The notes: a model not told the origin generated them from the sequence alone. A stretch of 64,000 bases of DNA from Amoebidium appalachense (GCA_963693365.1 CAVNZM010000014.1:3224001-3288000), one strand, 5' to 3'. Shown: positions 41,174 to 55,925, numbered from the stretch's first letter. Translations and numbers: made by a program.

Positions 41174-43686
41174 CATGCCAACAGTGTTCGTAATACATGA
41201 CACCATTCTAAACGGTTTGCATTCGGACCTGCCCGAGCAACTTGTGACATACCGTCCCGTGTCAACACTTCCTCTATCAGTTCTATCTCTTGATAGCTAA
41301 GCAAGTTGAATAATGGTTTTATACATATGATATATATTATTTTGATATTATTATAAATAGCACTAAGTTCCACAGTGACACGTGACCAGAAATATCCGGG
41401 ACCCTCGGGAGTGCCAGAAGAATGCCCGGGCTACGTTTTTTCTCGTTTGCTCTGGGCGACGTACACGAAGATCATGGTGAAAGGGCACGCGTGCCGTCCG
41501 CAGCGGGCCCGTGGAGCGCTATCACTCATGAAATAGCTGTTGATAGATAGGATGATAGCGATTGCGATGTTGTTAGATCTAGAACGCCTGAAAAGGTTGT
41601 ACATAGGCGCGTTTTGTATTGAGACCATACAATACTTGGAGGTTTCGTAGGTGCCACATCGTACCTGTTCTTTGAATCCGTTAACAGTGTGACTAGGTAT
41701 ATGTACAGTCAACCGTTTGAAAAATAAAAAAGGAACGGAACCAGACAGATAACATAAAGCCATTTACTGAGCTGTGCGGTTGCTATGCAACCGCTTGATG
41801 CACGTGGCCAAGCTGGGCCACGTTTCAATTTAGAGTATGTACTACTGCACATAGATCGACAGCGACGGGCAGGGTGGGAAACTCGTTTTTTGGAGCATTC
41901 TCGTTTCGTTAGGGACCAAGACGATTTTTTCGGTTCACTTGTGTATGTAGGTCCATACATATCTGGTTTCAAGTTTGAACGCCTGCGTGCGTTTCACTCT
42001 TTCCGAATGTTTTCACCCAGTTCGAAAATTCCAGGGTTAAATCGAGTTACCCAAAAAAAAATCCCGCGACTGGCACGATCGGCATGCGGGTTGACGCATT
42101 ACTGTAACAGCCCTGTGAGTGTGGAGCTTTGACAGCCCGTTCCCTTGAAACATACACGTAAAAAATAAAGGGAAAAAAGCAAATATCCTCAAGGCGTCCA
42201 TTCAAATATCAGTACGCAACGATAGTCAAGTTCTATTCACGCTTTGGTGGCGTTCGCGATCCCCTTATCAGTCAACCTCACCGCTGGAAGTTTTATACAA
42301 ACAATGCAGTGCATACTAAACATGACATTTATCCAATTATAATTAATACATATTTACTTGTCCTTTCCGATTGGTATATTAAGAGGCTTTGCAGCAGCTA
42401 TCCAATCATCGACGGCCAATGCGTCTAGGGCCTTCCAGGAATTTCCTAGTCCAGAGCTGCCACGGGCAAAGGTGAAGCTTGGCTTGCTTTATCGGCATTA
42501 CAAACTATAAATTTCCCCCCGCTATTACTTTTATTCATATAAAAAATCATGCGTTAATGTTATTTACAAAACTCTACAATGAAATTAAGTAAGGCTACTC
42601 ATCGATAATTCAAGTGGACCGTCTGGGGATCGATTGTACTCGAAAGGTATGCCGGGATAAACATCTCATGCACGCATTCGCACGCTCATGATCATGAATC
42701 ATGATCAGCGCATACGCTTACAACAAATATCAGCAACACAAAATAAAAGAGAAAACTATGGGTTATTAAAAGCAAATACACAAAATCCCCGTTTTTTGAT
42801 CCAGCCTTGGCCTATGTACCGTCTTCCACACGTGTGTACATGTGCTGTAAGCCTGGACCCGGAATCTCATTTTTAAGCGCCTTTAGACTGAGGAATGCGC
42901 AAGCAACGTTCGTGTGTACACCAACACATTCCACTGTGTTCCCCACACGAACTACATACGTCACAACCACCAACCAGACCATGATGAAGACTATCTAGGT
43001 CTGCAGCATTTTCATTTTGGGGTTACATGTGTAGACTACATCAGGCCACGCGGTTACACGCGTACCGCATTCCGAAGATGCCAGCAATGAGGAAGGAATT
43101 CCGTCGAAGTGAACTCTGTAAAAACCCACACATCACCTTTTCTTCGGGACTCGCCTGTCTGCGAGTAGTGGAGATATGCATCTACCGTTCTGTTCCAAAG
43201 AAGCTCGTATTAAAGTCTGTGTTTTTTGCTTCCTTTCGTTCTCCTGTTTGCCTTTTGCTACGGTGTGTTTCTAAGCGCGGGTACCTTTTTGTTTTTGATT
43301 TGACATCATCATCCACGCTTCACAACTGAAAAAGAGTGAGAAATTGTTCAGGTTGAGTGTGCAGTTACAGGCAGAAAAGGAAGAAGTTGACATCGACACA
43401 GCTGTAAAGTTATGTACACGTTTCATTTAAGAGACGAACAACGAAAGCTGCTTTTTACACGTCCGGTTGTACACGCGAACCGGTGCACAACCACAAAACT
43501 CACCATTCATTTTAAAGAAAGTTATCATATGCCAACCAAACATCAATTGCTATCAATATGTTTGTGAAAGCAACTTTTTATTTGTAGAAACTTATAATAA
43601 TCATTTTTTCTTGGCCTTTTGCCTTTCTATTCTCTATTTTTTGCGACCCAGTTTTTACTGGGACGTGGCTCACGTAAGTTTGTGCG

Positions 43687-44572
43687 ATGTATTTCCAAAC
43701 CAGCAGAACGCCAAAATGGCTTTTGGGCTGCATGGTGGCATTTGCCTTTTTGCAAAGGTAACCAACTCCCCCCCCCTCCCCCCCCGACATGCACACACAA
43801 GAAAAAAAAACATGGAAAAAAAAGAAGAAGAAGCAGAAGATCATACACCGTCACCTGCAAGCGAGCACACACCTGCAAGCGAGCACACACGCGCACATTG
43901 TGAAACGCACGCCGTCTCAGCCACACAAGCACACATGCACACGTACACAAACTCACGGCACAAAAACACACATACACACACGCGTGCGTGCGCATACACA
44001 CACAGGCACACACACAGATACAGTAACCACGGCACATAGCGACACCTATGCCGGGGTACACGCCATAGTAGGGCTGTTACAGGCTTTGGCGAATCAAATT
44101 GAAGAGTTAAACACATAACCGTTTTAAACCAAAAAATATGAGCAGAGAAACCAACGAACGTTTCGTTTAATAGTATGATCACGATACCTATATATATTCA
44201 CAGACACACACACACAGACACGTGCAAACACATATCGTGATATGCAAATCAGAAGTTTCCCTTCGACCGTTAATGGAGTAGGGCAATAAATTCCCCACAG
44301 CCGAAATTTCGTGTGCACCCACCCAAGGATTGCAAGGAACTCAGATTTACAGTAGAGGACGTGTCCTGTATCTAACATTCTCCCCCCCTCCCCCCCTCCC
44401 CCCTCTCCCCTTCCCTCCTCCCGATATCCACCCCCCCCCCCCCCCCCCCCCCCCCCGATATCCCCTCCCACAACCCCCTCCCCTCGTGATACACACCGCA
44501 TTTCGCCTCTTCATGTACTCATGACCATACATGCCTTCGACTGTCTCGTACAAAAAAACACGCACACATGCG

Positions 44573-44638
<66 letters not shown>

Positions 44639-44780
44639 CGCGCCCACGCCGGCCTTCTGCATTTCCGCCGAAAAATACAAATCGGGGCCTTTTTTTGACA
44701 CAGCACTGTCGGTCAAGGTAACTCCCCCCCCCCCCCCCCCCCCTTCTTATTATTATTATTCTGCGTCTTTTGCGGCCTAG

Positions 44781-44814
<34 letters not shown>

Positions 44815-45259
44815 TGCCACATACACACACGCGCACACCTTTCTCTGGTGAATGCATTGAGTTCCCGCTTGAACTTCGTTTTCCCGTTTGGTTTTTTCGT
44901 CGTTGCACAGTGTTGCTAAGCTTTCAGGAAGCACGATGATCAAAAAAGCCGGTTTTTGACAAAATTTTGTGTGGTTCAAGCCAACATTTATGTGAAAGAC
45001 TTCGGGAAGAAAGACCGGATGTATTTATGGGTTGTGGTTTTCATTCATGCTTTATCAGTGTACTACTTAAGGATTCTGAACGTATAAGTACAGACTGTGA
45101 AGGGGGGGGGGGGGGGGTTAGAAAATCATTTAATCTTTCGCAAAGTTTCTACTCCCCCTCACCCCAATCCCCCCCTTTGCATTTCGATTAGCCCCTTCAG
45201 ATGCGTACCACTCTTTCGCTATGCTTCTACTCCCCCCCCCCCCTTCCCCCCTCCCTCCC

Positions 45260-45292
<33 letters not shown>

Positions 45293-46994
45293 ACCCCCTC
45301 CACCCTCCCCCCCTTCGCATTTTGATAAGCCCCTTGATATGCGCAATTTCAGCAAGTAAATATTTATGTTTGCGCCCCCCGCAGTGGCCGGCACCTGCGC
45401 GATCCAAATCGGTAACCTCGAAACCTTTACCGGTCTGAATGCAAGCAGCACAACCCTCGTGGGCACTGACCTCGTCACCACCGTATGGACCCCCCCCCCC
45501 CCCCCCCCCCCCAGGGAAGATAAATAATAATATTAACAATAACAATAAAAATAAATGAATAATAAATGAAATAAAATGAAATAAAGTAAAATAAGATGAC
45601 AGTATTGTCTACAAGCAAAACGAGTATTGAAAAAATTATACAAAGCTCAAAAATATTTTTGAAAAGAACAAATTGATCATTACGATAGATCGTCGGATAC
45701 AAACATCCGAGTAACTATTTAAAGTTATGTGTTAGAGGTTGGCTGTGGCCTTTGCTCGCGCCCTTACACATTTGCTCACCGTGGCACACACACACGTACA
45801 CACTGACACGCACACACACGTACACGTACACACACACACACACACACACGTACACGTACACACACACACATACATGTACACGCACACACACACATGTATA
45901 CGCGCACACACACACACACACACACGTACACGTACACACACACACACACACACATGTACACGCACACACACACACATGTACACACACACACGTACAGATG
46001 TCGATGTTACACATTTGCTCACCGTGACATTTACACACACGTACACCTACACGTACAGGTGTCGATGTTCATGGGTAAGACACGTGTCTACTACCCGCCA
46101 AGGTTCCGCTACGGTTCATGCCTTGCGGAGTCGGGCTTCTACACACTCGCAGCAGACACCCCCTCCTCGGAAGACCCATGCTACAAAAACTACCAATTTA
46201 CCGTAAAGATCCCCCCCCCCCCCTCCCCGCTCCCTTCCTATTCTTCAAATCAGCTTTTTTCCTCTTTTTCTTTTTTTTTCCTTTTTGCTTTCTTTCGTTC
46301 TTTCTTTCTTAGAAGTAGACCTGTTTCATAATGAATAAGGAAGATCTGCCATCCAGTGCACAACAATAAAACTTGCGTTGAAGGCACTCACGTTTCGAAA
46401 AGCGTTTCGAAAAGACGTGCTAGCTCATAGCGAGGCAGTACCTTCCCCCCCCCCCCCCCCCCCCCCCCCTCCCTTTCTTTTCTTTTTGTTTTTGTATTCA
46501 GCCACTGTTTTATAGGGTATCAAGCTGGCTTTAAATTATCAGTATCTTTTTTCATCTTTTTTTTTCTTCCCCTTTCTTTTCTTTCTGTTTTTGTATTCAT
46601 ACACTGTTTTATATGATATCAAGTTGGTTATAAATCATTACCGTTATTTGATGGCTGCTGCAGGTTAATTATATTAAAAAACTGATCAACTTTGCATTTA
46701 TTACACACAGGCACCCATCTCCTACCTCGAGCAAAAGTGCGGGTTTACGGTATCTCAATGGAAGGACCCTGACACCAACATTCTTTACAACAAGTACAGT
46801 GGGGATGTGTCAATCCAGTTCACTGAAAACTACACGTTGGGTGGCGTGCCGGTATGTATATCTCCCCCCGTGAGATATAAATGAGATGTGATTGGAATTC
46901 CAAGTGGGAGGGGGGTTGAGACAAGGAATTCGGAGCCGTGGAATAGTTCAGCCTAGGACACGATTAATTTAATGTCCTTTATTATTATCTTGCA

Positions 46995-47040
<46 letters not shown>

Positions 47041-47681
47041 TTATATATACATATATATATATATATTAAAAAAAAAGGGGGGGGGGGGGGGGGGGGGGGG
47101 GGAGGAAACGAAGAAAGAAACAACCTTGCCGGTAACTGAGTTTTTCTGTCAACGGGCTAAAAAGGCAGCCGTATTTTTTCGTATTGATTTGCATGTTTCA
47201 AGTTTTCTCAGAGGAACTCTGGTTGAATCCTGATGATATATATACTCAGATATTCTTTGAGCAGTAGATAATTTTCAATTTCCTAACACTTGCACGTTTT
47301 TTATATCTACAGGAGCTTAGAAACGTGACCCATTCCCTCCCGGTCACCCACGCCCTACAAACGGGATATACAAGCAGCATAAATGACGGAAATATGGCCG
47401 TGTCTATCTCCGTTATATCTCCCTGGGATTTGGGGGTCAAAGTGAACGAATTTCAGTTCATGCATCCAATCACGAACAAGAGCTCCCTGAAAATATCGCT
47501 CGATCTTGACTATCCCTACTCGGTTATCTCCTTCAGTCCTGACATAGAGGTAAGTTGACCCCCCCCTCTCCCCCCCCCCCCCCTCCCCCCTCTCACCCCA
47601 AAACCCAGGAAAAAAAAAAAAAGAAAAAGAAAAGAATGAGGGGCAGAGAGTGAGGGGGGAGGGAGAAGGGGGGGTTGGGGT

Positions 47682-47730
<49 letters not shown>

Positions 47731-47808
47731 GAGATAGGAAGAAGGAATTAAACTTGAAAAAGGCAAGATAAAGAGAAGGAAAGGAAAAAGGAAAGAAACA
47801 GTACCGAA

Positions 47809-47896
<88 letters not shown>

Positions 47897-47915
47897 CCTC
47901 TCTCTCTCTTCCACA

Positions 47916-47977
<62 letters not shown>

Positions 47978-48448
47978 CATACACACACACTTACACTCTT
48001 CAAAACACCCACAGATCATCTCCAGTGCGGGACTGCAGACAGGAGACGTCTACGTTCTCTCGTACACAGGCAGCGGCAAGCACACAGGCGACATCACCCT
48101 CTGCGTGAACAGCACAAACATAACCTCCAACGACTATTGGCAGACGATAAACGGCACCACCAATCAGGTACGCCATTTTATAATAATTTAAAAAATAAGA
48201 ATTTTAAAAAGGCCAATCGCTGTGCCTGTTAAAACATACCCCCATTTGCTGCGACTGTTCACAACAGAACTGGGTGGGTTTGTGGGTGTGTGGGTGGGTG
48301 TGTATGGGGGGGGGGGGGGGGGGGGGGGGGGAGGGGGGGAGGGGGGGCTAGGAATAGGCGAGTTTTGTAGCCTATGGAATGGGAGGGTTTTTTCTTTGTT
48401 GTGTGTGTGTGTGGGGGGGGGGGGGGGTACGTGTGTGTGTGTGTGTGT

Positions 48449-48483
<35 letters not shown>

Positions 48484-48955
48484 AGCACAAGCACTATAAT
48501 AAGCTCTCTAATGGTTCAACCATACACAGTACATAATATTAATTCTCCAATTTGGTAAACATATGCATTAAAATAAATAAATCTCTCATGGTAAACATGT
48601 GCAGTAACATTAACCCTTGGACTTTTTGAATATATGCAGTGATATTAGCTCTCTAACTCCGGTGCAAATGGTGAGCAGATACGGTGTCGTAGATACCTGG
48701 TGGTGAGGTTGGAGCACCCACCAAACACAACCCCGACGGCGGACCAACTTGTTGGAAAATACCGTCTGAAGGTAGGGGGGTTTCCGGGGGGGTGGTTCTG
48801 ATTATCCCTGAAGGTGTGAGGGGTTTTCTCCTATCACTGTGTTATCCCTGAAGGTGTTTTTTTTTTTTTTTTTTTTTTCCCCACCTATCTTCCTTACGGG
48901 TAGTGGGGTTTCTCCTTGTTTATATGTTCAGTCTTTTGTGTGCGTGTGTGCGCGC

Positions 48956-49048
<93 letters not shown>

Positions 49049-49889
49049 GAAAAGATAACTTTCCATGTTTCTTCCATAACTGCCACCACACTTCATGCCT
49101 TTGAATTTCTTTACATTTTTTCAAATTTTCAAATTTTCACACCATATATCCACAGGATATCAACGTCAAGTGCGCCGACGGTGTTCCCGACGTCGATTGC
49201 CCTCTTATGGCTCCCGGGATTCTATCCTACATCGAATTTGACCTGACGAAGGACATGTTTTGCAAGGATGTTGCTTTTAGCGATACGTCAGCAGCCGGGC
49301 CCGCCGCAGACAAATTTGAGGTAAAAAAACACTAAATAAAACAAAAAAAAATAATAATTAGATAAATAAATAAAAGGAGGACTCTGCCCCCTGCCCTAAC
49401 CCCCCCCCCCCCCCCCACCTCTCTCTCTTCCCATCCCTGCCTCTCTCTCCTTCTCTCTCTATATAACCCCCCCTCACCCTCACCCTTTGGCTGTCTCTCT
49501 TCCTCTCATCCCCCAAAAAACACTGCGCGCACTCACAAACACACACAAAAAATATACCCAGATTATATGCAAATCTATCATGCCTAATGCCTAATGCCAT
49601 CAACACACACACACACACACGCGCGCGCGCGCGTGGACACGTACACGTACACACACAGGTCTTGCGGTTTATCGCACCGATCGGAAACAGCAGTAGCGAC
49701 TACAGCGTTAAACACGGTCTAACAGAGAGAACAAATTTCGCTTTCGGAGAGATGATTAATCTCCGCGCCGATTTTCAAGGTATAAAACTCGACGCGATTG
49801 CCGTGACAAAAATCGACGCGGATAGTCAGCAGGCGTGCAGTTGGACCGGGTCCAAGCGTATCGCTGAGACTACAAAGGTGTGTGTGTGT

Positions 49890-49988
<99 letters not shown>

Positions 49989-49990
49989 GA

Positions 49991-50021
<31 letters not shown>

Positions 50022-51254
50022 GGGAAGGGGGGAGGGTTTTTCTAAGTTGCAGGCTAGGAATGTGATATTTTGGGTGCTCTGCTGCAGACATGAGAAAGGG
50101 GTGAAGTGTGTTGCACTGGTAAATCAGAGAAGAATTTTTTTTTCTTTTTCCTTTTCTTTTCTTTTTTTTTTTTTGTTACGAAAAGGAAAAAGCAAGAGTG
50201 CCCAATAGGAGTTGAGCTTTAACAAATTCCCAACAACACAGGTTGACCCGAACGTCGATCCGGAGCTCGGGCTGAAAGATCGCACCGATCCAGCTGCGAT
50301 CACGGCCACGGGCGGATCATCGCAGTATTTCCTTATGAAGAGAAGAATCGATACCGCTATCATGCCGAACCCTGCGGCGGGAACAACAAGCCCAATGATT
50401 ATTCGTGTGGTGGTGGCCATCGATTATACACTGGGAAGAAGGTGTGTGTGGGAGAGTATGTGGGATGTGGGTAACTGTGTATTGAAATCATCGGGGAATC
50501 GAATCATTTTTTGTTCCCCGCGCGAGTGTCGCTTCAAGCCTTCTTCCATCCCACCCCACGTTTCCCCCCCCCCCCCCCCCCCCCCTCAAAAAAAAAGAAG
50601 AAGACACACTCACACACACACATACACTCACTCACTCACTCACTCACTCACTCACTCACTCGCACACACCATCTCTCTGACTTTCTCCATCCCATCTCCC
50701 CCTCTCTTTTTCTCTCTCTCCCTCCCTTCCAACTTCCTTATCTAACCTCCTCCTCCTCCCCCCCCCCCCCCCCCCCCCCCTCTCCCCTCCCCTTACAGAC
50801 GTCGTCGTAGCTTTGCCCAAATCACCGACGAAGACGTTTACACGAACACCCCCCAAACCGCCATGGACCCCGCCGTACCTGCAGTTTTGCGTCAAAGAAG
50901 AGGAGCGGCAGAGGGCGGGCTTGTGATGGCGCTTAGTGGGACCGTAAATTACACAGATCCCGTGACTCTTTCGACGATGATCGAGATTAACTTCAACATT
51001 TCGGTGGCGGTCACAGGGCTCACGACCACACCCAATGCAATCAAGAGCTACGTGCAGGTGTGTGTGTGTGTGTGTATTTGTGAAAAGAAGCAACCCCCCC
51101 CCCCCCCCCCTCCCTCTTTCCCCTTTTGCAAAAAAAAAAAAGAAGAAAGAACCAAAAAAAAATAAAAGACCAGCGGAAATATGAAGCAACTACAGTTATA
51201 ATACTCTATGTCGGATGAAAAGAATTACAAAACCAATCCTAACTCTCTCCCTTT

Positions 51255-51288
<34 letters not shown>

Positions 51289-51900
51289 ACCCCCACCCCC
51301 CTCCACCCCCTTCTTCCTTCCTCAGCCGCTTTTCCCACGCCCGTCTAAACACACACACACACACACGTACACACGTACACACGTGCAGCTGACCACCACC
51401 GTCAATTGGCCCTTTGCATTGATTGGCTGGGACCCTGAGATTGCAGTCCTTAACGGCTCATTCACAAACGGCTCGGTCATGGTTGTGTCAGGTGTGTAAC
51501 CCCCCCCCCCCCCCCCCCCCAACAAATAAAAAAAAAAAAAAAAAAAAAAAAAGAAAAGAGAAGAGAAGGAGAATGAAAGGAAGGAAGAAAAGAACCGGGA
51601 AAGAAAAAAGAAAAAAAGAAGGGGAAAAAAAAAAGAAAGAAAGAAGACAGAAAAGGGGAAAGCCAATAACTCCAGCTTTCGGGGCTCCTCGAAAAGCATG
51701 CGTTTCATTTTCTTGCACTATCACTTATGATCCCTTACCATCCGCCCTTCCCCCCTCCCTCCTACTTCACACACACACACACACACTCTCTCTCTCTCTC
51801 TCTCCCCCCCCCCCCCCCCCCCCCCCCCTTTCCCCTCCCTCTCCCTCCCTCTCCCTCCCTCCTCCTCCTCTCTCTCACGCACTCCCCCCTTCCCTTCCTC

Positions 51901-51931
<31 letters not shown>

Positions 51932-51994
51932 ACACACACTACACACACACACTTACTCACTCACTCACTCACCCCCCCACCCCCCCCCCTCCCC

Positions 51995-52039
<45 letters not shown>

Positions 52040-52299
52040 ATACACACACACGTACGTACAGGCATGGGTTCAGACACCACCAACTACGTTGCGCCCGCCT
52101 GCCTCAACACGAGCTACTTCGACCCCGTCACTGGAAACAATGTCATTAATAACGAAACAACACTGTGCAAGCAGTTGGTGTATGTTCGCTACGACCATCC
52201 AAACAACGGCATTTGTGACATTACTGGTCACTTTTTGCTCAAGGTGTGTTCTGCCTTCTTCAACCCCCCCCCCCCCCCCCCCCCCCACCCTGTCTCTCT

Positions 52300-52340
<41 letters not shown>

Positions 52341-52395
52341 CCCCCCCCCCCCCCCCTCTCTCTGACAAACACACACACATACACACACACACACA

Positions 52396-52430
<35 letters not shown>

Positions 52431-52458
52431 CCCCCCCCCCCCCCCCTCTTCCTCTCCT

Positions 52459-52489
<31 letters not shown>

Positions 52490-52551
52490 CGCCACCACCC
52501 CGGTAGCAGCAGCTCTGCACAGTCTCTACACACATACACACGCGCGCGCGC

Positions 52552-52628
<77 letters not shown>

Positions 52629-54296
52629 AACACACGTTCACTCTCCCATCTCCCATTCTTTCCCATCTTTCCATCGTCGCACTCCCACTGCCATCATGCA
52701 CTGGTTGCTTCTTTTCCTCGCCCATCAAATTCTTTACAGCATTCCAGAAGAATACTTGCATTCCATTGACATTCCATCAACCAACCAGAACATAACTGTC
52801 CGTTGCGGTGCCGATGTCGATCCGACCGATTGTCCTTTCCTGCCCGGATTCAACAACAGCGACAGCTATGTCAGTTTCTATGTTGAATCGCCGAATTTCT
52901 GCCAGGCTTTAGGTCTTCAGGCTTCCATCAATGGACTCGTGTCGATTGAGCGGTTCACGGCACCAAAGTAAGTTGAGTTTACTGCTTGCCACTGTGCATG
53001 TGCGGTTATTTGTTTCATGATGTGGGTGTGTGTGTGTGGGGGGGGGGGGGGGGGGGGGAGTCAATTGTCTGCGTGTGGTTTGTTTTGATGGAAGTACGAG
53101 AAACCCAAATGAAGGAAATACAGAGCTCCTTTATTTGTATTACAAAGCAAGCGCCACCCGCGGAGAAAGACCAAAATCTCAAATCGCACAATCCAATCTA
53201 CTCGGTTTCTGATTGCCCCCCCCCCCCCCCCCCCCCCCCCTCCTCCCCCCTCTTCACAGGTGGCTAACCGACACCGACAAGAGACACAGTCTCATATTCC
53301 AACGCGCCTGGTCATACGACAAACCCCTCTTCCTTCGTATTGACTTGAAGGGAGCCACCGTTTCCACGATTACCATCGAAAAACTGGAGAAATCGGAAGG
53401 GGAAAGTGCGTACGCGGGAGATTACAAATCGGCGACAACGGTAACGGACGGGGTGGGTCTGTTGGGTCTCTATGCGAGAACGGAGCCGTCGACAATCACT
53501 TCGACGGGTGCACCGCAATACTTCCTGTTTACTGTTGATTTGGCACAGGTGAGCTTTCATATACTATCCCCCCCCCCCCTCCCCCCCCCCCCCCCCCCCA
53601 CCCACCCACGTTACAGGGTGTGCACGCGAGCACACACACACACACATACAAACACAAACACACGTACATCCACACACACGGCCACATCCCTCCCCCCCTT
53701 GCCCCCTGCCCTCGGCCGCCTGCTCGCCCCATCCCCCATTACATGCACACACACGCACACATGCATCACTGCCACCATCACCAGGACCCTCCCCCCCCCC
53801 CCCCTCCCCCCGTCGTGAATGTCTACTTCGTCTTCTGTAACTCATTCTAAACTGCCCCCTCCCCCTCCCCCCCCCCCCCTCCCCCCGCCCCGCCCTTCCA
53901 TCCAAATTTCAGGTCCTTGCAAGCAACCCCCCCTCCCCGGGGTCTCTCAAGACAATATCCTTCCGAGCCACCGTCCAAGTCCAGTACGAGGCGTTGGCTC
54001 GCAGGCGGCGGGCCCGTATCCAATCAGAATTGGAGGTTGACCCCGCAAACTATTCCGACCAATCGGAAGAAGCGCTCGATAGCCTTAAAAGACAAGAAAG
54101 GGCCGTTGGGGCCGGCAAGGGTGTGGTGGCTATCACGGGGACGGTGGAGAGACCTGTGACGTCATTGATGAGCGAACAAGATTTCTTGGATACTCTGAAA
54201 GATAAAAGCGTGGGTTCAATGGGCGCAAATCCATATGTTTTGAGCTGCTGGGTGGGGGTTTTGGTGGTGAAATTTGGGTTGGATCTTCTGCTCTGA
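43687..54296 (+). CDS. Large secreted/surface glycoprotein with two homologous Cys-containing modules, polybasic cleavage sites and a hydrophobic (GPI-signal-like) C-terminus; 5' end uncertain
   Basis: Unbroken GT-AG chain: 45385-45482, 46059-46202, 46711-46851, 47313-47549, 48015-48167, 48649-48771, 49156-49320, 49659-49877, 50242-50441, 50799-51057, 51389-51491, 52062-52243, 52789-52967, 53260-53548, 53913-54296 (TGA). Many N-X-S/T sites. Candidate signal-peptide exon 43687-43757 ([23 protein letters not shown], donor GTAACC). Exons between 43757 and 45385 could not be joined cleanly. Confidence 0.8.
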
Positions 54297-54367
54297 ACGC
54301 TGGTTTGTGTATTTATGTTCTTACGAACTGAAACACACACAAACACACACACACACACAGCAAATGC

Positions 54368-54407
<40 letters not shown>

Positions 54408-54873
54408 CACACACACACCACAACTACGGCGATTAGTTGATGGCTTTCATCCAGTGGAGAATTATATCCCAAATGTTATATAAAGCATGAATGTGTTTAC
54501 AGCAGTAAAAAGATGACATGTGATTAAACATGTTCATAGTTCATGCACAGTTCCATCGTAAAGATGTATATCTTAAAACCATAACGACGGCACTCGGGCA
54601 CTGGTTGTCAATATGAGCTGTCTGATTTAAAACGATTCTAATTCTAAACCGGTTGGTAGAAAATTATTCAAGTAGATTTAAAATGTAATGCACATGACGA
54701 CAAAGGTGCCCAGGTGATGTAGATGGACAGGCAATATGCACATAATATTATATAAAATTTAATGCCACATAGTAAAAATACTTCATGGAATCATCATGTA
54801 GCTGAATCCACACGGGTTGGGGTCGAGCTGGCCAATCGACGGAGACCAAAAAAAAAAAACTAATCAGCTCTCT

Positions 54874-54917
<44 letters not shown>

Positions 54918-54921
54918 TCCC

Positions 54922-54952
<31 letters not shown>

Positions 54953-54954
54953 CC

Positions 54955-55008
<54 letters not shown>

Positions 55009-55038
55009 CCCCCCCCCCCCCTCTCCCCCCTCCCTCCC

Positions 55039-55069
<31 letters not shown>

Positions 55070-55775
55070 ACGCACACACACCTGCCCCACGTCCGCCCAA
55101 ACACACACAAGCAAGCACATATGTCAGATATGCACAAGCACAGCCTCCCCATGCTCAAATCCTATCGCATACATATGTACCCTGCTCTCAGTCCCCCCCC
55201 CCTTCCCCCCCTTCCCCACGGGCCCCTCTCCCCCCTCCCCAACCAATTTTCCCTCCCAGGCTCCTCCCCGCTCCCCTCCCCCCGTCCTTCTTCTCCCTCA
55301 CTATGGCAGGCCCAAACTGCACACCTCATTATCCTTTCATCTATACGAGTCCTCCCCCTCTCTCCCCCCCATGCATAACACACCTTCCTTCCCAAAACGA
55401 GAAATTGTGCTTCAAATTCAATGCAGCTTGTTAGCTAATAGATAGCAGGCTGGGTCAGATATGAACAGGCATTGAAACCGTCGAAAGACCACTGTGACTG
55501 TTTACGGGGGTACTTCGTCGGACTTGTCTGCCCGGGCATTGTCCCGGTCGACGTCCGGAGGTAATCGAGGAACCACTCTGTGACCATCCCCCCCCCCCCC
55601 CCCCCCCCTCCACCCCCTCCCCCCCGCGCACTCCCCTCCCTCCCATCTCTCTCTCTCGCCCCCCCCTCCCTCCAACCCCCCTACTCCCGGCCCGGGAACA
55701 AACAGGCAGACATCGGCCGTCGCGCGCGTGCGAGCGTGCACACAGACACACAAGCGCACACACACACACACACGC

Positions 55776-55873
<98 letters not shown>

Positions 55874-55892
55874 GCACACACGCACGCATACT

Positions 55893-55925
<33 letters not shown>

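Noticed and set aside
38949-41373. Minus-strand exon-like pieces (EEYEDHMDVDTSAPSM..; EIELIEEVLTRDGMSQ..) as a gene convergent with MAU2
   Set aside because: I could not build a phase-consistent model or recognise any homology.
42981-43112. MMKTI*VCSIFILGLHV*TTSGHA looks like a signal peptide if TAG = Leu (alternative genetic code)
   Set aside because: I found no in-frame TAG in roughly 2,000 codons of the spliced transporter, MAU2 and secreted-protein exons, and PDZ paralog 2 ends in TAG near where its paralog ends. Chance or a decayed fragment is more likely.
42102-44082. 13-bp inverted match CTGTAACAGCCCT (42102) / AGGGCTGTTACAG (44070) as transposon ends
   Set aside because: No target-site duplication is evident. 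If these are hAT-like (T/C)AGGG ends they face outwards, and I found no partner ends.
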